IMG/VR virus record: IMGVR_UViG_3300037010_003065
Location: 1 to 57,344 of that record
Reading direction: 5' to 3' (one strand)
Length of the DNA stretch: 57,344 nt
Source of the DNA: a virus
Lineage: Duplodnaviria > Caudoviricetes
Shown piece after piece: positions 26,907 through 36,802 of the stretch. The first letter of the stretch is position 1. Each line of letters opens with the position of its first letter. A model generated the notes under the pieces. That model saw nothing but the letters and a program-made list of their open reading frames with translations. It had not been told where the DNA came from and did not search any database. Position numbers and translations under genes: made by a program.

Positions 26907-27809
26907 ATGCGTACCCTTTCTCGTACCCAGCAGCAGATGCAGCAGCTCGGTCAGCTCCTCAAGAGCGCGGCTGGCCGTCAGAAGCTCGCCGGCGCCCTCG
27001 GACCCAGCCTCCGTCGTCGCCGTGACTACCTCTCCATCGCCCGCAAGGCCCTGATGGTCGAAACCCTGCCGGACGGCGCCCTGCCGATCTACGACAAGGA
27101 ATTCGACGAGACCGGCCGCTCCTTCATCGAAGCCTTCGTGGTCGGTGAAGAAGGTGGCGACGTGGTCAAGGTCATCAAGCCCAAGCGCGTGACCGTGCCC
27201 ACGTTCGACATCACCAGCCAGCCGATGATCCCCATCACCCAGATCAAGGAACGCCGCTTCGACGTCGTCGAGCGCACCCTGAATCTGGCCAAGGCTGAAG
27301 TCGGTGCTTCCGAGGACGCCTACGTCTTCGGCGTGTTCGACGCCATTGGTGACGCCGCCGCTGGCAAGCCCGTGGATGACGTGATCTACAACGTCGACTA
27401 CCTGATCGGGTCCAAGATCACCCCCGATCCCCTCGCTGACTGCTTCGGCCAGATCGAGCGTCATGACCTCTCCTGCGCGTACGTGTTCCTGAATCCCCGG
27501 GATTACACGGACATCCGCAAGTGGACCGACGCGAACGTCGACCGTGAGACCGAGCGCAAGTTGCTCAAGACCGGCGTCATGGGCTACCTGTGGGGTTCCA
27601 CCCTCCTGCAGTCCAGGAAGGTCGCCCTCGGCACTCTCTACGTCCTTGCGGATGCTGAGTTCCTGGGCGTCATCCCCGAGCGCATCCCCCTGACCGTGAT
27701 GTCGGCCGACCGGCCTGACCTCCGCCAGATCGGCTTCTCGATCTTCGAGAACCTTGGCGTGCTCGTGTTCAACCCCTCGGGCATCCAGCGGGGCAAGATC
27801 AGCCGGTAA
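26907..27809 (+). CDS. Major capsid protein (HK97 fold)
   Basis: AAGGAG RBS, strong codon bias; VETLPDGALPIYDK, AEVGASEDAYVF, VFLNPRDYTDIRKW, GFSIFENLGVLVFNPSG; followed by a terminator hairpin. Confidence 0.9.
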   Translation: MRTLSRTQQQMQQLGQLLKSAAGRQKLAGALGPSLRRRRDYLSIARKALMVETLPDGALPIYDKEFDETGRSFIEAFVVGEEGGDVVKVIKPKRVTVPTFDITSQPMIPITQIKERRFDVVERTLNLAKAEVGASEDAYVFGVFDAIGDAAAGKPVDDVIYNVDYLIGSKITPDPLADCFGQIERHDLSCAYVFLNPRDYTDIRKWTDANVDRETERKLLKTGVMGYLWGSTLLQSRKVALGTLYVLADAEFLGVIPERIPLTVMSADRPDLRQIGFSIFENLGVLVFNPSGIQRGKISR

Positions 27810-27832
27810 GCGCAAGCTGACTGTCTGCAAGT

Positions 27833-27860
27833 GAAGAGCCTCGCTTCGGTGAGGCTCTTC
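27833..27860 (+). terminator. Stable hairpin / probable terminator after the capsid gene
   Basis: GAAGAGCCTCGC-TTCG-GTGAGGCTCTTC (UUCG loop); short U tail. Confidence 0.75.
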
Positions 27861-27920
27861 TAGTATCTGGGGAATGTCGGGAACACTGACTTTCAGCTTC
27901 TTCCTCTGGAGGACCTCTCA

Positions 27921-28481
27921 ATGCAGAAGTCGTATGTCGTGAAATTGACCGTGTTCTTCTCCGACGTGGACATCTATGTCCGCGAAGGGGACGTGTGCGT
28001 TCACACACCCACCGAAAACAAGCTCACGATCTACCGTGGTGGTGAGATCCTGAAGACGTGCGTGCGCACCACCGACTCCATCGAGTCGATGGTGAAGCTC
28101 GGCTGGATCAAGCATCACCAGCCAGCCGCTGAGGAAGCGCCTGCACCCGTCGTCGTGGAGTCCGCACACGTGAAGGTCAACGAGCCCCAGTCTGATCCGA
28201 AGGTCGCTGGCGAAGCGCCTGAGCCCAAGACCGACGAGTCCAAGACCGACGAGTCCAAGACCGACGAGTCTAAGACTGAAGGCGAAGAGGACGAGAGCGA
28301 GGACGACGCGAAGAGCGACGAGTCTGCGAACGCCGAGTCCAACGACGAGTCTGCGAACGCCGAGTCCAACGACGAGTCTGCGAACGCCGAGTCCAACGAC
28401 GAGTCTGCGAACGCCGAGTCCAACGACGAGAAGGTCGAAGCCCCCGTGAAGAAGACGAAGAAGGCCAAGACCACCAAGTAA
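27921..28481 (+). CDS. Small protein with acidic low-complexity tail
   Basis: GGAGG RBS; KTDES x3 and DESANAESN x4 repeats; basic C-terminus. Confidence 0.75.
   Translation: MQKSYVVKLTVFFSDVDIYVREGDVCVHTPTENKLTIYRGGEILKTCVRTTDSIESMVKLGWIKHHQPAAEEAPAPVVVESAHVKVNEPQSDPKVAGEAPEPKTDESKTDESKTDESKTEGEEDESEDDAKSDESANAESNDESANAESNDESANAESNDESANAESNDEKVEAPVKKTKKAKTTK
28317..28430 (+). repeat. Perfect 27-bp coding tandem repeat x4
   Basis: GACGAGTCTGCGAACGCCGAGTCCAAC x4, no spacers. Confidence 0.95.
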
Positions 28482-28491
28482 GGAGTACGTC

Positions 28492-29508
28492 GTGGCGGAC
28501 CTATGGGCACGGACGTCGTGGCGGCGTCTGCGAGGGCGGACTACTAAAGTTGCATTCTCCATTACGGAGCTCGTGCAACTGACGTCCGACTTCTCAACGA
28601 AGTACGCGCCAGGATGCACTGCCTACACGATCAGGACTGACCCCTCTACGTTCCTGTTGGTCTACCAAGTCAAGTGCAAGAAGAAGGACAGCAAGGGCAG
28701 GATGGTTTCGAACCCGAACGGCCATACCGTCCGGATCAAGTTCGATCCCTCGAAAATTGAGGACAGCTCCACCGTCGACAACCTCGATGTGAAGGTCAGC
28801 TGCTCTTGCCCCGCTTTCCTGTATTGGGGCGCGCAGTGGAATCTGGGCGAAGGTGACGCCCTCTACAACAAGAAGAACCCCAGGCCCCTGTACCAAGCTC
28901 CCACGGATCCCCAGCGGTTCCAGAACATCATCTGCAAGCACATCAAGACCGTTGCAGACAAGCTCGGGCCTCTGGTCGAGAAGATCATAAATCGGTACCG
29001 TGATGCCGCGGCGAAGCAGAAACATGAAGAGGATCTGCGGCAGATCGAGACTGAAAAGATCGTTCAGCAGCAGGAGACTGATGAGGCTGAGAAGAAGGAG
29101 CCGGCGACGCAGTCTGGACCAGTGAAGGAGAAGACAAAACCGAAGAAAGAGAAGCCCAAGGCTCCGAAGAAGGAACCTGCACCGGCGTCCCCTGCGGTCA
29201 AGCGCGTCTCCCCTTCGAGGCCTGCGCCGAAGTCAGTTGGGCCCACGCCCGCGCCTGAACCTGAGGAAGCGGAAGTCCCCGCAGAAGAAGCGCCAACGCC
29301 AACGCCAACGCCAACGCCGGAACCGGAACCTAAACAGCCGAAGCAAGAACCTGAGGCCGCGCCGGAAAAGCAAACTCCGGTTAAGGAGGTCATTAAAAAG
29401 AAGGAGCCGGAGGAGCCGAACGTCACCACGTTCTTTGATGACGATGATGACGAGATCATCAAGATCAATCGGTTGCTGAAAGCGCTGCCTCTCGCGTTAC
29501 GGGAGTAA
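28492..29508 (+). CDS. SWIM zinc-finger protein with Pro/Glu/Lys-rich tail
   Basis: VSCSCPAFLYWG...ICKH; AAGGAG RBS, GTG start. Confidence 0.8.
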   Translation: MADLWARTSWRRLRGRTTKVAFSITELVQLTSDFSTKYAPGCTAYTIRTDPSTFLLVYQVKCKKKDSKGRMVSNPNGHTVRIKFDPSKIEDSSTVDNLDVKVSCSCPAFLYWGAQWNLGEGDALYNKKNPRPLYQAPTDPQRFQNIICKHIKTVADKLGPLVEKIINRYRDAAAKQKHEEDLRQIETEKIVQQQETDEAEKKEPATQSGPVKEKTKPKKEKPKAPKKEPAPASPAVKRVSPSRPAPKSVGPTPAPEPEEAEVPAEEAPTPTPTPTPEPEPKQPKQEPEAAPEKQTPVKEVIKKKEPEEPNVTTFFDDDDDEIIKINRLLKALPLALRE

Positions 29509-29510
29509 TA

Positions 29511-32500
29511 ATGTCAGCGCAGCTTACATACAACATGATGACCACCAGGGGTACATCCGGGTGGGAGGGAGGCGGGTCTTCTTTTTGGGGTGTTACCCCA
29601 ACTAACAGCAATAGTCCTGCACTGTCTCCGGGCATAACTGGTACTTTTGCAGGTGTGTCGGGCACGTGGACCGTTACGTCTTTTGACGCTGAGCATGGCG
29701 TTGTAAGTTTAAGCCCGGCCATAAACTTAGATGCTTTTCCGTTAACGCTGCAGCAGGCGTGGCCGTGGGCGGGGCCGGGCTGCGGAACTTATGCGTTGCC
29801 GCTATTTACGGCTACCTTTACGGCAGTTCCAACAATTACGAATTTTGTAGTATCTCCTTTGTCTTTGGATGCCGGTGCAACGGTTACTATTGACATCGGC
29901 TACGAGTATGCCGGTAATAACGCCATCAATGCTGGCACGGGCGCTTGGTATTTGCATTGGATTCCTACGTCTGCGGATTCATGGTGTATTCGCTTTCCGC
30001 TTCGTGTACAGCAGAAAGCGGGTGTGTACACTTACGGAGATGTTTCTAACGCAACCCCGCTGTCGACAGCGGGGTCTGTGTTCCATGGTTACAATATGCC
30101 GTACGGCGGGAAACCGTATATCGACTACGGCGTAAATAAGCTGTGCGGGTATCTAGCAGACGTACAAAATATGTCTGGTATAAGCGCTGCTGTTAGATAC
30201 GTTAATCTTCCTTCAGTATTGTATTCTTCAGAAATGTATCTTGATTACATAGAGGTTTGGGGAACTGGTAAAGGTACATTTGATTTTACGCTTACCGCGC
30301 GTGATACGGTCGCTTCAGACGCCTCGCCTTATCGCGTAATGATCGCAGTTGGGACTGGTACAGATTCTCAAGGATTTTTCCCAGCGCATAGTGCGTCTTC
30401 CAACATTCCAGATGTGTCACTGCGGGCTTACCCAGCAGGCGGCGGCGCTTCGTACTCGATCGCAGATGCTACACCCGAAGTCTTGGCGACGGGGCGTACA
30501 AGATTTTACGATAACCCAACAACCTCAACGACATATACACTCGTTGTGGGTGCCGGTATCTATGGCCCATTCCCGCCGGCGAGTCAGAGCATCTCTGTTG
30601 AAGTCTCTGCTATTACGGTAGCGCCTCCTTATACGTCTAACGGTCAAACTACAGTTACAGCCGGTTATCAACTTCAGTGGTATCACGGTGCCATAACTGG
30701 TGTAACAGATTCTCATGTCTATTGGTCTACAAACGGTGGAACGCTAAGTAGCAGCTACTCAGCAGACCCGTATGTGTATCTCACAGCTGGACAACAGCCT
30801 GGTACATACACAATTTGGAATTACGCGCCTGTCAACTATCCCCAAGGCGCGAAGGCGTCAGCCACGTACACGGTCATTCCTGCGCCATCCATCCAGGCGT
30901 TCTACGTCGACGCGTCGACCATCACGGCTGGCCACGCTATCACTACACACTACACATACCAGGATGGCAGTGGCCGCCTCACGTATCCGGACAGCAACGG
31001 CAACTCCATCACTTCCGCGACGAGCGGCAACACCTTCACCACCGACCCCATCAATCAGGTAGGTTCCTACAGCATCACGCTGACGGTTCAGAACGCGCTC
31101 AATCAGGGCACGGCAAGCCGGAACCTCACCGTCACGGTCGTGGCTCCGCCTGTCATCGGAAGCTTCACAGCCTCTCCGAATTCGCCCCTCTACGGCGACT
31201 CCGTGACCTTGCACCCCGTGTTCTCATCGGGCGTCGGCGTCATCAGCGGTATCGGACAGGTCGTCAGCGGTGGCGGGTACGCAGTGCCAAACCTGACAAC
31301 GTACACGACCTTCACTCTCACAGTCACGAACGCCGCCGGCGACTCCGTCTCAGCTACGCTCGGCGTCAACCCTCAAACGCCCGCGGTCTCAAACATCACG
31401 CCTGCGAATCCGTCTGATCTCTACGGCACCGCGCTTGATTTCGATGCCGTCGTCACGGGTGCTGTCAACACCGCCGTTCAGTGGTCAGTCGACAACGTCG
31501 TAGGCGGCAATAGCACCGTTGGTACCATCTCAGCGTCTGGTCTCTACACGGCCCCGTCAGCGGCTGGCTCGCACACCATCAAGGCCGCAGCTGCTGCGCT
31601 CACGAGCGTCTTCAAAACGACAACCGTGACGGTGATTCCCCCCGCTTCCGCGCAGCTGACGGTGAACAACAGCAATCCCCTCTACGGCGCCAACGTCACC
31701 CTCACACCAACGTACGCCAACGGCACCGCGGTGCTCGGTACGTACCAGGGCGGCAACGACATCTCCGGCAGCCTCGTCTCCGGACAAGGCATCTCAGCCG
31801 GACCTGTCACGACCGTGATGACGTACTGGCTCCGTGTCACGGGTCCTCTAGGGGACATTCACGACGCGTCTGTGCCTGTGAACCCAAAGAACGTGACGAT
31901 GCTGCCTCTGACGCCGGCGGGGATCACTCGATCCATCTCGACGCAGACCCAGTTCGCCACCGCTGTTTCCAACGCTGTGAACACCGGCATCAACTGGTCC
32001 TGCTCCGCTGGTTCTATCGACGCCAACGGCCTCTGGACGGCGCCTGCTGCTCCGAATGCAAACGTCACCATCACGGCGACGTCGAAAGCGAATGGCAGCG
32101 TCAGCGTCTCTACGACAGCAAACGTAGTGCCGCTCGTAGCGGTGACAACCTTCGACGCCACGCCTTCAACGATTCCTTACGGTGGTACCTCCAGCATCCA
32201 CCTTGTGTTCCAGAACGCAGTCTCCGCGCATCTGAGCGGTGGGACACTGTCACAGGACGTGACGACGGGCCAGTACATCACCACGCCCGCTCTCAAGACA
32301 ACCACCGTCTACACCTTCACCGGCACCAATGTCGCCAACGATACCATCACGCAGACGCTCACTGTGACCGTCCAGCCCGTGGTTTTGTCGCCCATCACCA
32401 CCATCACGCCCTACGTGGTCGCGGGCCGTCCCATTGCCTTCACGGCCACTGTGACGCAGGCGGTGGACACCAACGTTGTCTGGTATGCTGTTGGACCTGG

Positions 32501-34700
32501 CGGGTATGGGACCTGGAATGGCAACACCTGGACCGCGGCCTCTGTTATTGGTGACTACACCATCACAGCTATTGCCGAGGCTGACGGCGTCACCACCAGG
32601 ACCTTCGTTGTTCACGTGGTTGCGGCGCCGACATTGATGCCTCCGACCATGAACGTGCTGTACGGGCAGGTGGTGCAGCTGACGCCGTCCTTCACCGGCT
32701 CTGGTACCGTCGACCACGGCATCGGCGCGGTCACGTCCGGCACCTCCTTCAACACCGCTCCCATCACTGCCAAGACCACGTACACGCTCACAGCCACGCT
32801 CGGCGCTGATGTCCTGTACCCTACGTCTGTCATCACACCCGCTACAGTCACTGTGGCACCGTTGACACCACTGAGCCCGTACATCACCGTCGGCCACCAG
32901 AAGCAGTTCAGTTCCTCGGTCACGGGTGCGGTCAACACCAACATCACCTGGTCTGTAGACGGGATCGTTGGCGGCAACGCCTCCGTTGGCACCATCTCCT
33001 CAACGGGTCTTTACACCGCTCCTGCGGTACAGGGTCCCCACGAGATTGAGGCGACTGCTACCTGCGATGGCATCACGAAACAGGTCGCGACGATTTATGT
33101 GGTTCCGGAGCCTGTTGCTACGTCCTTGAACGTGAGCACTGACAATCCCCTCTACGGCGACGTCGTGATGGTGAGTGCTTACTACTCTGGCGCGTACGCA
33201 TACATCGGAACCTCGCAGGGTGCATCTGACATCACTGAGACGGCGCACTCATCCGTGGAGGATGGGCTTGACCACTCTGTCGCTCACGCGTCTGCGGCGA
33301 TCAAGATTCCTACGCGTATCTGGCTTCGTGTCTTCGATGAGGCTGGCGATTTCGTCGACACCTCCGTCCTCGTGACGCCGCAGACGGTGACACTGAGCCC
33401 GATCCAACCGACCGCCGCCAAGATCTCCGTGGGCTATCAAGCTACGTTCGTCTCCTACGTTGGTGGTGCCCTTGACACCTCCATCACCTGGACTGCCACC
33501 GGCGGCGTCTTCAACGGAGCCACGTGGCAGAGCCCTTCTAGCCCCGGCGACTACACCATCACAGCTACGGCTGTTGACGGTAAGGCAGTGGCAACGGTCA
33601 TTGCTACGGTAGTTCCACTTCCAGTGGCTGATCGCATTGACGCGGGGTTGAACCCCTGTCTCTATGGTGGCACCACCACCATCACTCCCTTCTTCGCGTA
33701 TGGTGTCGGCACCATCGACAACGGTGTCGGTCGTGTCACATCCGGACACTCTATTCCGATTGCAGCGGTGTTCGAACCACGAACGTACACCCTCACGGTC
33801 ATGAACGTGGCGGGACAGATCGCACAGGCCAAATTGACGGTGAACCCACAACCCGTCGTGGTCTCGCAGATCATGCCCTTCGAGCCCACACGCATGGCCA
33901 GGTCCACGACTCGCTTCTCAGCGAGTGTCTCAGGAGCTGTCGACAACTCCATCACCTGGAGCGCCAGTGCCGGTTCCATCGACGTCACGGGCAAGTGGAC
34001 GGCGCCTGACATCGCTGGTACTGCTGAAATCTTCGCGACATCTAACGCGAACCCCAACTGCTTTGCCTCAACTACTGTGACGGTGATACCGGCAACAGTC
34101 GTGAGCCTCCAGACGAATGCTCTATACCCTAATCGCTTGGAGATGTACGTCAACGACTTCCAAGGTCCGCTGGTGTCTGACACTCTCGGATCGTTTGATC
34201 CACGCAGAGATCTGGACATCTACAACGCCGGCACCCTCGTGACGCCTCGTGCTTTTACTTTCGACGAGCCCAACAATCGGTACCTCATCTACTTCAAGGA
34301 CGCGCTGAGCTACGACGCCCTCGTGCAGGCGATCCACCACATTCCATCTTCTCCCTTCCACGGCATCAACGCCACGGAACAGAACCCGCAGAACGTGCCC
34401 GGCTTCGCGCTAGTTGCTGTTCGTGTGGATCAGATCGACGGCGACAACGACGTCATCGTGAAGGCGTTCTATCACGTGCCGGAGGGCAAGGTTCCTGCGA
34501 ACGTGCCGGTGCTGCTGCTCTGGGAAGTTGACAACGCCGCCTACGTCATCATCGACGGGCCCGGCATCAGCACTGGTCAGCAGCCTGCAAATGGTGAATA
34601 CGAAATTGCAGGTGTTTCTGCGCTGACCACGCTGACACTACACGCGTACAACAGCCAAGACCAGATCGTTGGCACGGGATCAGACACTATCCTCGTTTAG
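29511..34700 (+). CDS. Large Ig-like repeat protein (fibre / adhesin-like virion protein)
   Basis: Thr/Val/Gly-rich; repeated NT.V.WS..G.I...GLYTAP and YTLTVTNAAG modules. Confidence 0.85.
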   Translation: MSAQLTYNMMTTRGTSGWEGGGSSFWGVTPTNSNSPALSPGITGTFAGVSGTWTVTSFDAEHGVVSLSPAINLDAFPLTLQQAWPWAGPGCGTYALPLFTATFTAVPTITNFVVSPLSLDAGATVTIDIGYEYAGNNAINAGTGAWYLHWIPTSADSWCIRFPLRVQQKAGVYTYGDVSNATPLSTAGSVFHGYNMPYGGKPYIDYGVNKLCGYLADVQNMSGISAAVRYVNLPSVLYSSEMYLDYIEVWGTGKGTFDFTLTARDTVASDASPYRVMIAVGTGTDSQGFFPAHSASSNIPDVSLRAYPAGGGASYSIADATPEVLATGRTRFYDNPTTSTTYTLVVGAGIYGPFPPASQSISVEVSAITVAPPYTSNGQTTVTAGYQLQWYHGAITGVTDSHVYWSTNGGTLSSSYSADPYVYLTAGQQPGTYTIWNYAPVNYPQGAKASATYTVIPAPSIQAFYVDASTITAGHAITTHYTYQDGSGRLTYPDSNGNSITSATSGNTFTTDPINQVGSYSITLTVQNALNQGTASRNLTVTVVAPPVIGSFTASPNSPLYGDSVTLHPVFSSGVGVISGIGQVVSGGGYAVPNLTTYTTFTLTVTNAAGDSVSATLGVNPQTPAVSNITPANPSDLYGTALDFDAVVTGAVNTAVQWSVDNVVGGNSTVGTISASGLYTAPSAAGSHTIKAAAAALTSVFKTTTVTVIPPASAQLTVNNSNPLYGANVTLTPTYANGTAVLGTYQGGNDISGSLVSGQGISAGPVTTVMTYWLRVTGPLGDIHDASVPVNPKNVTMLPLTPAGITRSISTQTQFATAVSNAVNTGINWSCSAGSIDANGLWTAPAAPNANVTITATSKANGSVSVSTTANVVPLVAVTTFDATPSTIPYGGTSSIHLVFQNAVSAHLSGGTLSQDVTTGQYITTPALKTTTVYTFTGTNVANDTITQTLTVTVQPVVLSPITTITPYVVAGRPIAFTATVTQAVDTNVVWYAVGPGGYGTWNGNTWTAASVIGDYTITAIAEADGVTTRTFVVHVVAAPTLMPPTMNVLYGQVVQLTPSFTGSGTVDHGIGAVTSGTSFNTAPITAKTTYTLTATLGADVLYPTSVITPATVTVAPLTPLSPYITVGHQKQFSSSVTGAVNTNITWSVDGIVGGNASVGTISSTGLYTAPAVQGPHEIEATATCDGITKQVATIYVVPEPVATSLNVSTDNPLYGDVVMVSAYYSGAYAYIGTSQGASDITETAHSSVEDGLDHSVAHASAAIKIPTRIWLRVFDEAGDFVDTSVLVTPQTVTLSPIQPTAAKISVGYQATFVSYVGGALDTSITWTATGGVFNGATWQSPSSPGDYTITATAVDGKAVATVIATVVPLPVADRIDAGLNPCLYGGTTTITPFFAYGVGTIDNGVGRVTSGHSIPIAAVFEPRTYTLTVMNVAGQIAQAKLTVNPQPVVVSQIMPFEPTRMARSTTRFSASVSGAVDNSITWSASAGSIDVTGKWTAPDIAGTAEIFATSNANPNCFASTTVTVIPATVVSLQTNALYPNRLEMYVNDFQGPLVSDTLGSFDPRRDLDIYNAGTLVTPRAFTFDEPNNRYLIYFKDALSYDALVQAIHHIPSSPFHGINATEQNPQNVPGFALVAVRVDQIDGDNDVIVKAFYHVPEGKVPANVPVLLLWEVDNAAYVIIDGPGISTGQQPANGEYEIAGVSALTTLTLHAYNSQDQIVGTGSDTILV

Positions 34701-34709
34701 AGGTGCAAC

Positions 34710-34853
34710 ATGACCGAGACAGCGCCCGCTCTAGTTCCAGTACAGCCCGCTGAGAAGCAGGGGGAATCAGAGCACTCTGACCACTTCAACGTCTGCCCCA
34801 AGTGCGCATTTCCGAAATCTGAAACGCGTCCTTGTCTCTGTGACTTCAGCTAG
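34710..34853 (+). CDS. Small Cys-containing protein (47 aa)
   Basis: GAGGTG RBS; CPKC...CLC. Confidence 0.5.
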   Translation: MTETAPALVPVQPAEKQGESEHSDHFNVCPKCAFPKSETRPCLCDFS

Positions 34854-34917
34854 TACTGATTCAGAACTTTTCAGCTCTCCTACAGACAGGCTCAATCCTT
34901 TTCAAGGAGCACCTTCG

Positions 34918-35145
34918 ATGGCCAAGATTGCCAACCCCGACCGCACTGCCATGAACCGCCTCTACGCCAAGGAAATGGCGCGTGGTGGCGTGAAGTTCGC
35001 CGCTGTTCTGACCAAGGGCGAGAACGGCTCCGTGACTCCTGATGGCGCCTTCAAGGACCACGAGGAGTACCTGAGCACCCTCGAGCAGGTCATGAAGGAA
35101 GACAAGAAGGTCGCGTTCGATCCCAACGACCCGATCATGGACTAA
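34918..35145 (+). CDS. Small protein, probably highly expressed
   Basis: AAGGAG RBS; strong codon bias; begins MAKIAN. Confidence 0.75.
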   Translation: MAKIANPDRTAMNRLYAKEMARGGVKFAAVLTKGENGSVTPDGAFKDHEEYLSTLEQVMKEDKKVAFDPNDPIMD

Positions 35146-35177
35146 GACGCCAGAAGGCGCCTGTCCACCGTCGATCG

Positions 35178-35226
35178 AAGCCCCATGTATTGGCTCCAAC
35201 CGTGGGGCAAGTACATGGGGCTTTCG
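35178..35226 (+). terminator. Long hairpin / probable terminator
   Basis: AAGCCCCATGTA...TACATGGGGCTT outer stem with an inner stem. Confidence 0.65.
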
Positions 35227-35251
35227 TAGTTTGCTGCAAGGGATTTTTTCG

Positions 35252-36460
35252 ATGAAGCCAAAATTCGCCGCCACTCTCACCGAGATTCTCCGTCCTGGAA
35301 AGGTCGTGCATGGTCTCACGGCGTCGCCCATGAAGATCGCGGCAGTGAACGTCGTAGGCTTCGACGTCGCGGTGGTAGGCATGAGCGAGGGGAAGGAGGC
35401 TGTGCACAAGTTCCGCGCCACGTCCTCGCTTGTACATCGTCTCGCCTTCGAGAACCATCGCGGGATCCAGCGCCTGGCTTCCATCGTCCTGATCGCGGGC
35501 GATGGCAAGTTCGGCATGTACGTGAACGAGAGCATTCGTGCCCACGGCCTCCCCACGGACCCGAAGATGAATTGGGACGCGTACATCAACGCCGTTTACC
35601 GTAATGTCGCAGGCGCGAATCCGGACATGCGTGAGGACGCGATCTACTACGTCATCGTCACGAACCTCTACAACCGCGACTACCTCGCACGCTTCAACCC
35701 CGCGCAATCGCCGCTACCAGCTGACGCTCCCCTCGAAGAGAAAGTGACGGCGTTCCTAAAGCAGATGTTCCGGATGCGCGTGTCTGAGGCCGTCGAATAC
35801 TGCCAGAGCCAGTTCGTGATGGATCGGAATCAAGCTGAGAAGTACGATGTCACGCCTGGTGGCTACTCCCTCGACAGCGGCAATGAAGGTGACACCGACT
35901 ACAGCCAGCACCACACCCTCGTGAACGACAACGCCCATACCGATCAAGAGATCGCGATGGAGCTCCGTGAGTTCCGTACAAAGTTCCAGCAGTGGCTGAG
36001 CAAGAAGAAGGGACCGACCGAAGCTGAGCTCATGCTCAAACTCTTTGATGCCTCCCTCTCCATCGGCGATCGTGACTTCTCGGAACTGCAGAAGCGGTGG
36101 GAAGTTATTGCGCCCGGCAAGTCCGTCTCATACATGTCCAAACTCCTCCGGCAGCTCGGTGAACTGCTCGAGGATTTCGCGGCCACTGGCCAAGTCCCTG
36201 GCTTCGAGCAACTCATCAAACGCCAGAAGCAGCGGACTCAGAAGGCTTCTGCAGAGGTCGGCAACGACAACGCGGAAGTGCATGTCCCTGGCTACGGCGT
36301 CATGAGTCTCGGCTCCGTGAAGCGCAAGATACAGGACTACGCCCGCGCGATCGCCAACGAGGCCGCGAAGAACAACTACACCGGCATCGCTCACTACGCC
36401 TACGGAAACGGCGTCCTGAAGGCGATGATCGAGACTGTCCAGGCTGCCGAGAAGAATTAA
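35252..36460 (+). CDS. Protein with a divergent sigma-70/ECF-like core
   Basis: REDAI..LYNRDYLARFNP..TAFLKQMFRMR (region 2-like), YSLD, GKSVSYMSKLLRQLGELL (region 4-like). Confidence 0.5.
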   Translation: MKPKFAATLTEILRPGKVVHGLTASPMKIAAVNVVGFDVAVVGMSEGKEAVHKFRATSSLVHRLAFENHRGIQRLASIVLIAGDGKFGMYVNESIRAHGLPTDPKMNWDAYINAVYRNVAGANPDMREDAIYYVIVTNLYNRDYLARFNPAQSPLPADAPLEEKVTAFLKQMFRMRVSEAVEYCQSQFVMDRNQAEKYDVTPGGYSLDSGNEGDTDYSQHHTLVNDNAHTDQEIAMELREFRTKFQQWLSKKKGPTEAELMLKLFDASLSIGDRDFSELQKRWEVIAPGKSVSYMSKLLRQLGELLEDFAATGQVPGFEQLIKRQKQRTQKASAEVGNDNAEVHVPGYGVMSLGSVKRKIQDYARAIANEAAKNNYTGIAHYAYGNGVLKAMIETVQAAEKN

Positions 36461-36558
36461 ACTCCCGAACCTTTTGTGTCGATGTATATTGACGAGTAAG
36501 TCGTATACGTAGCCGAGAGAAGAGTTCGGGATCTAATCTTCCGGTGACGCGAGGATTC

Positions 36559-36792
36559 ATGCGTGTAGCTGCTACGGCCACAAGTGCGAAACTGCCCTGT
36601 GTCGGAATATGCAGTACCGAACGTAGAAAGATCCAGGAATGCGCCGGGGATTCGTTCCCGACTTGTGTATCTTGTTTCATGAAGAACATGGGTGCAGCGT
36701 CTTCTAAGCGCTACTCCAATCCGAAGGCCCGTGAGGAGCATGCAGAACGCATGAAACTTTGGTGGGCAGAACGTAAAAATTCAATCCACTAA
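36559..36792 (+). CDS. Small Cys-containing basic protein
   Basis: GAGGA RBS; CVGIC...CVSC; ERMKLWW tail. Confidence 0.5.
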   Translation: MRVAATATSAKLPCVGICSTERRKIQECAGDSFPTCVSCFMKNMGAASSKRYSNPKAREEHAERMKLWWAERKNSIH

Positions 36793-36802
36793 CGGAGGGG
36801 TT

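Noticed and set aside
26907-27809. Encapsulin shell protein
   Set aside because: The size fits, but the protease-scaffold-decoration-capsid order indicates a phage head.
28317-28430. 27-bp repeats as a CRISPR array
   Set aside because: Head-to-tail with no spacers, in frame within a CDS, and no cas genes.
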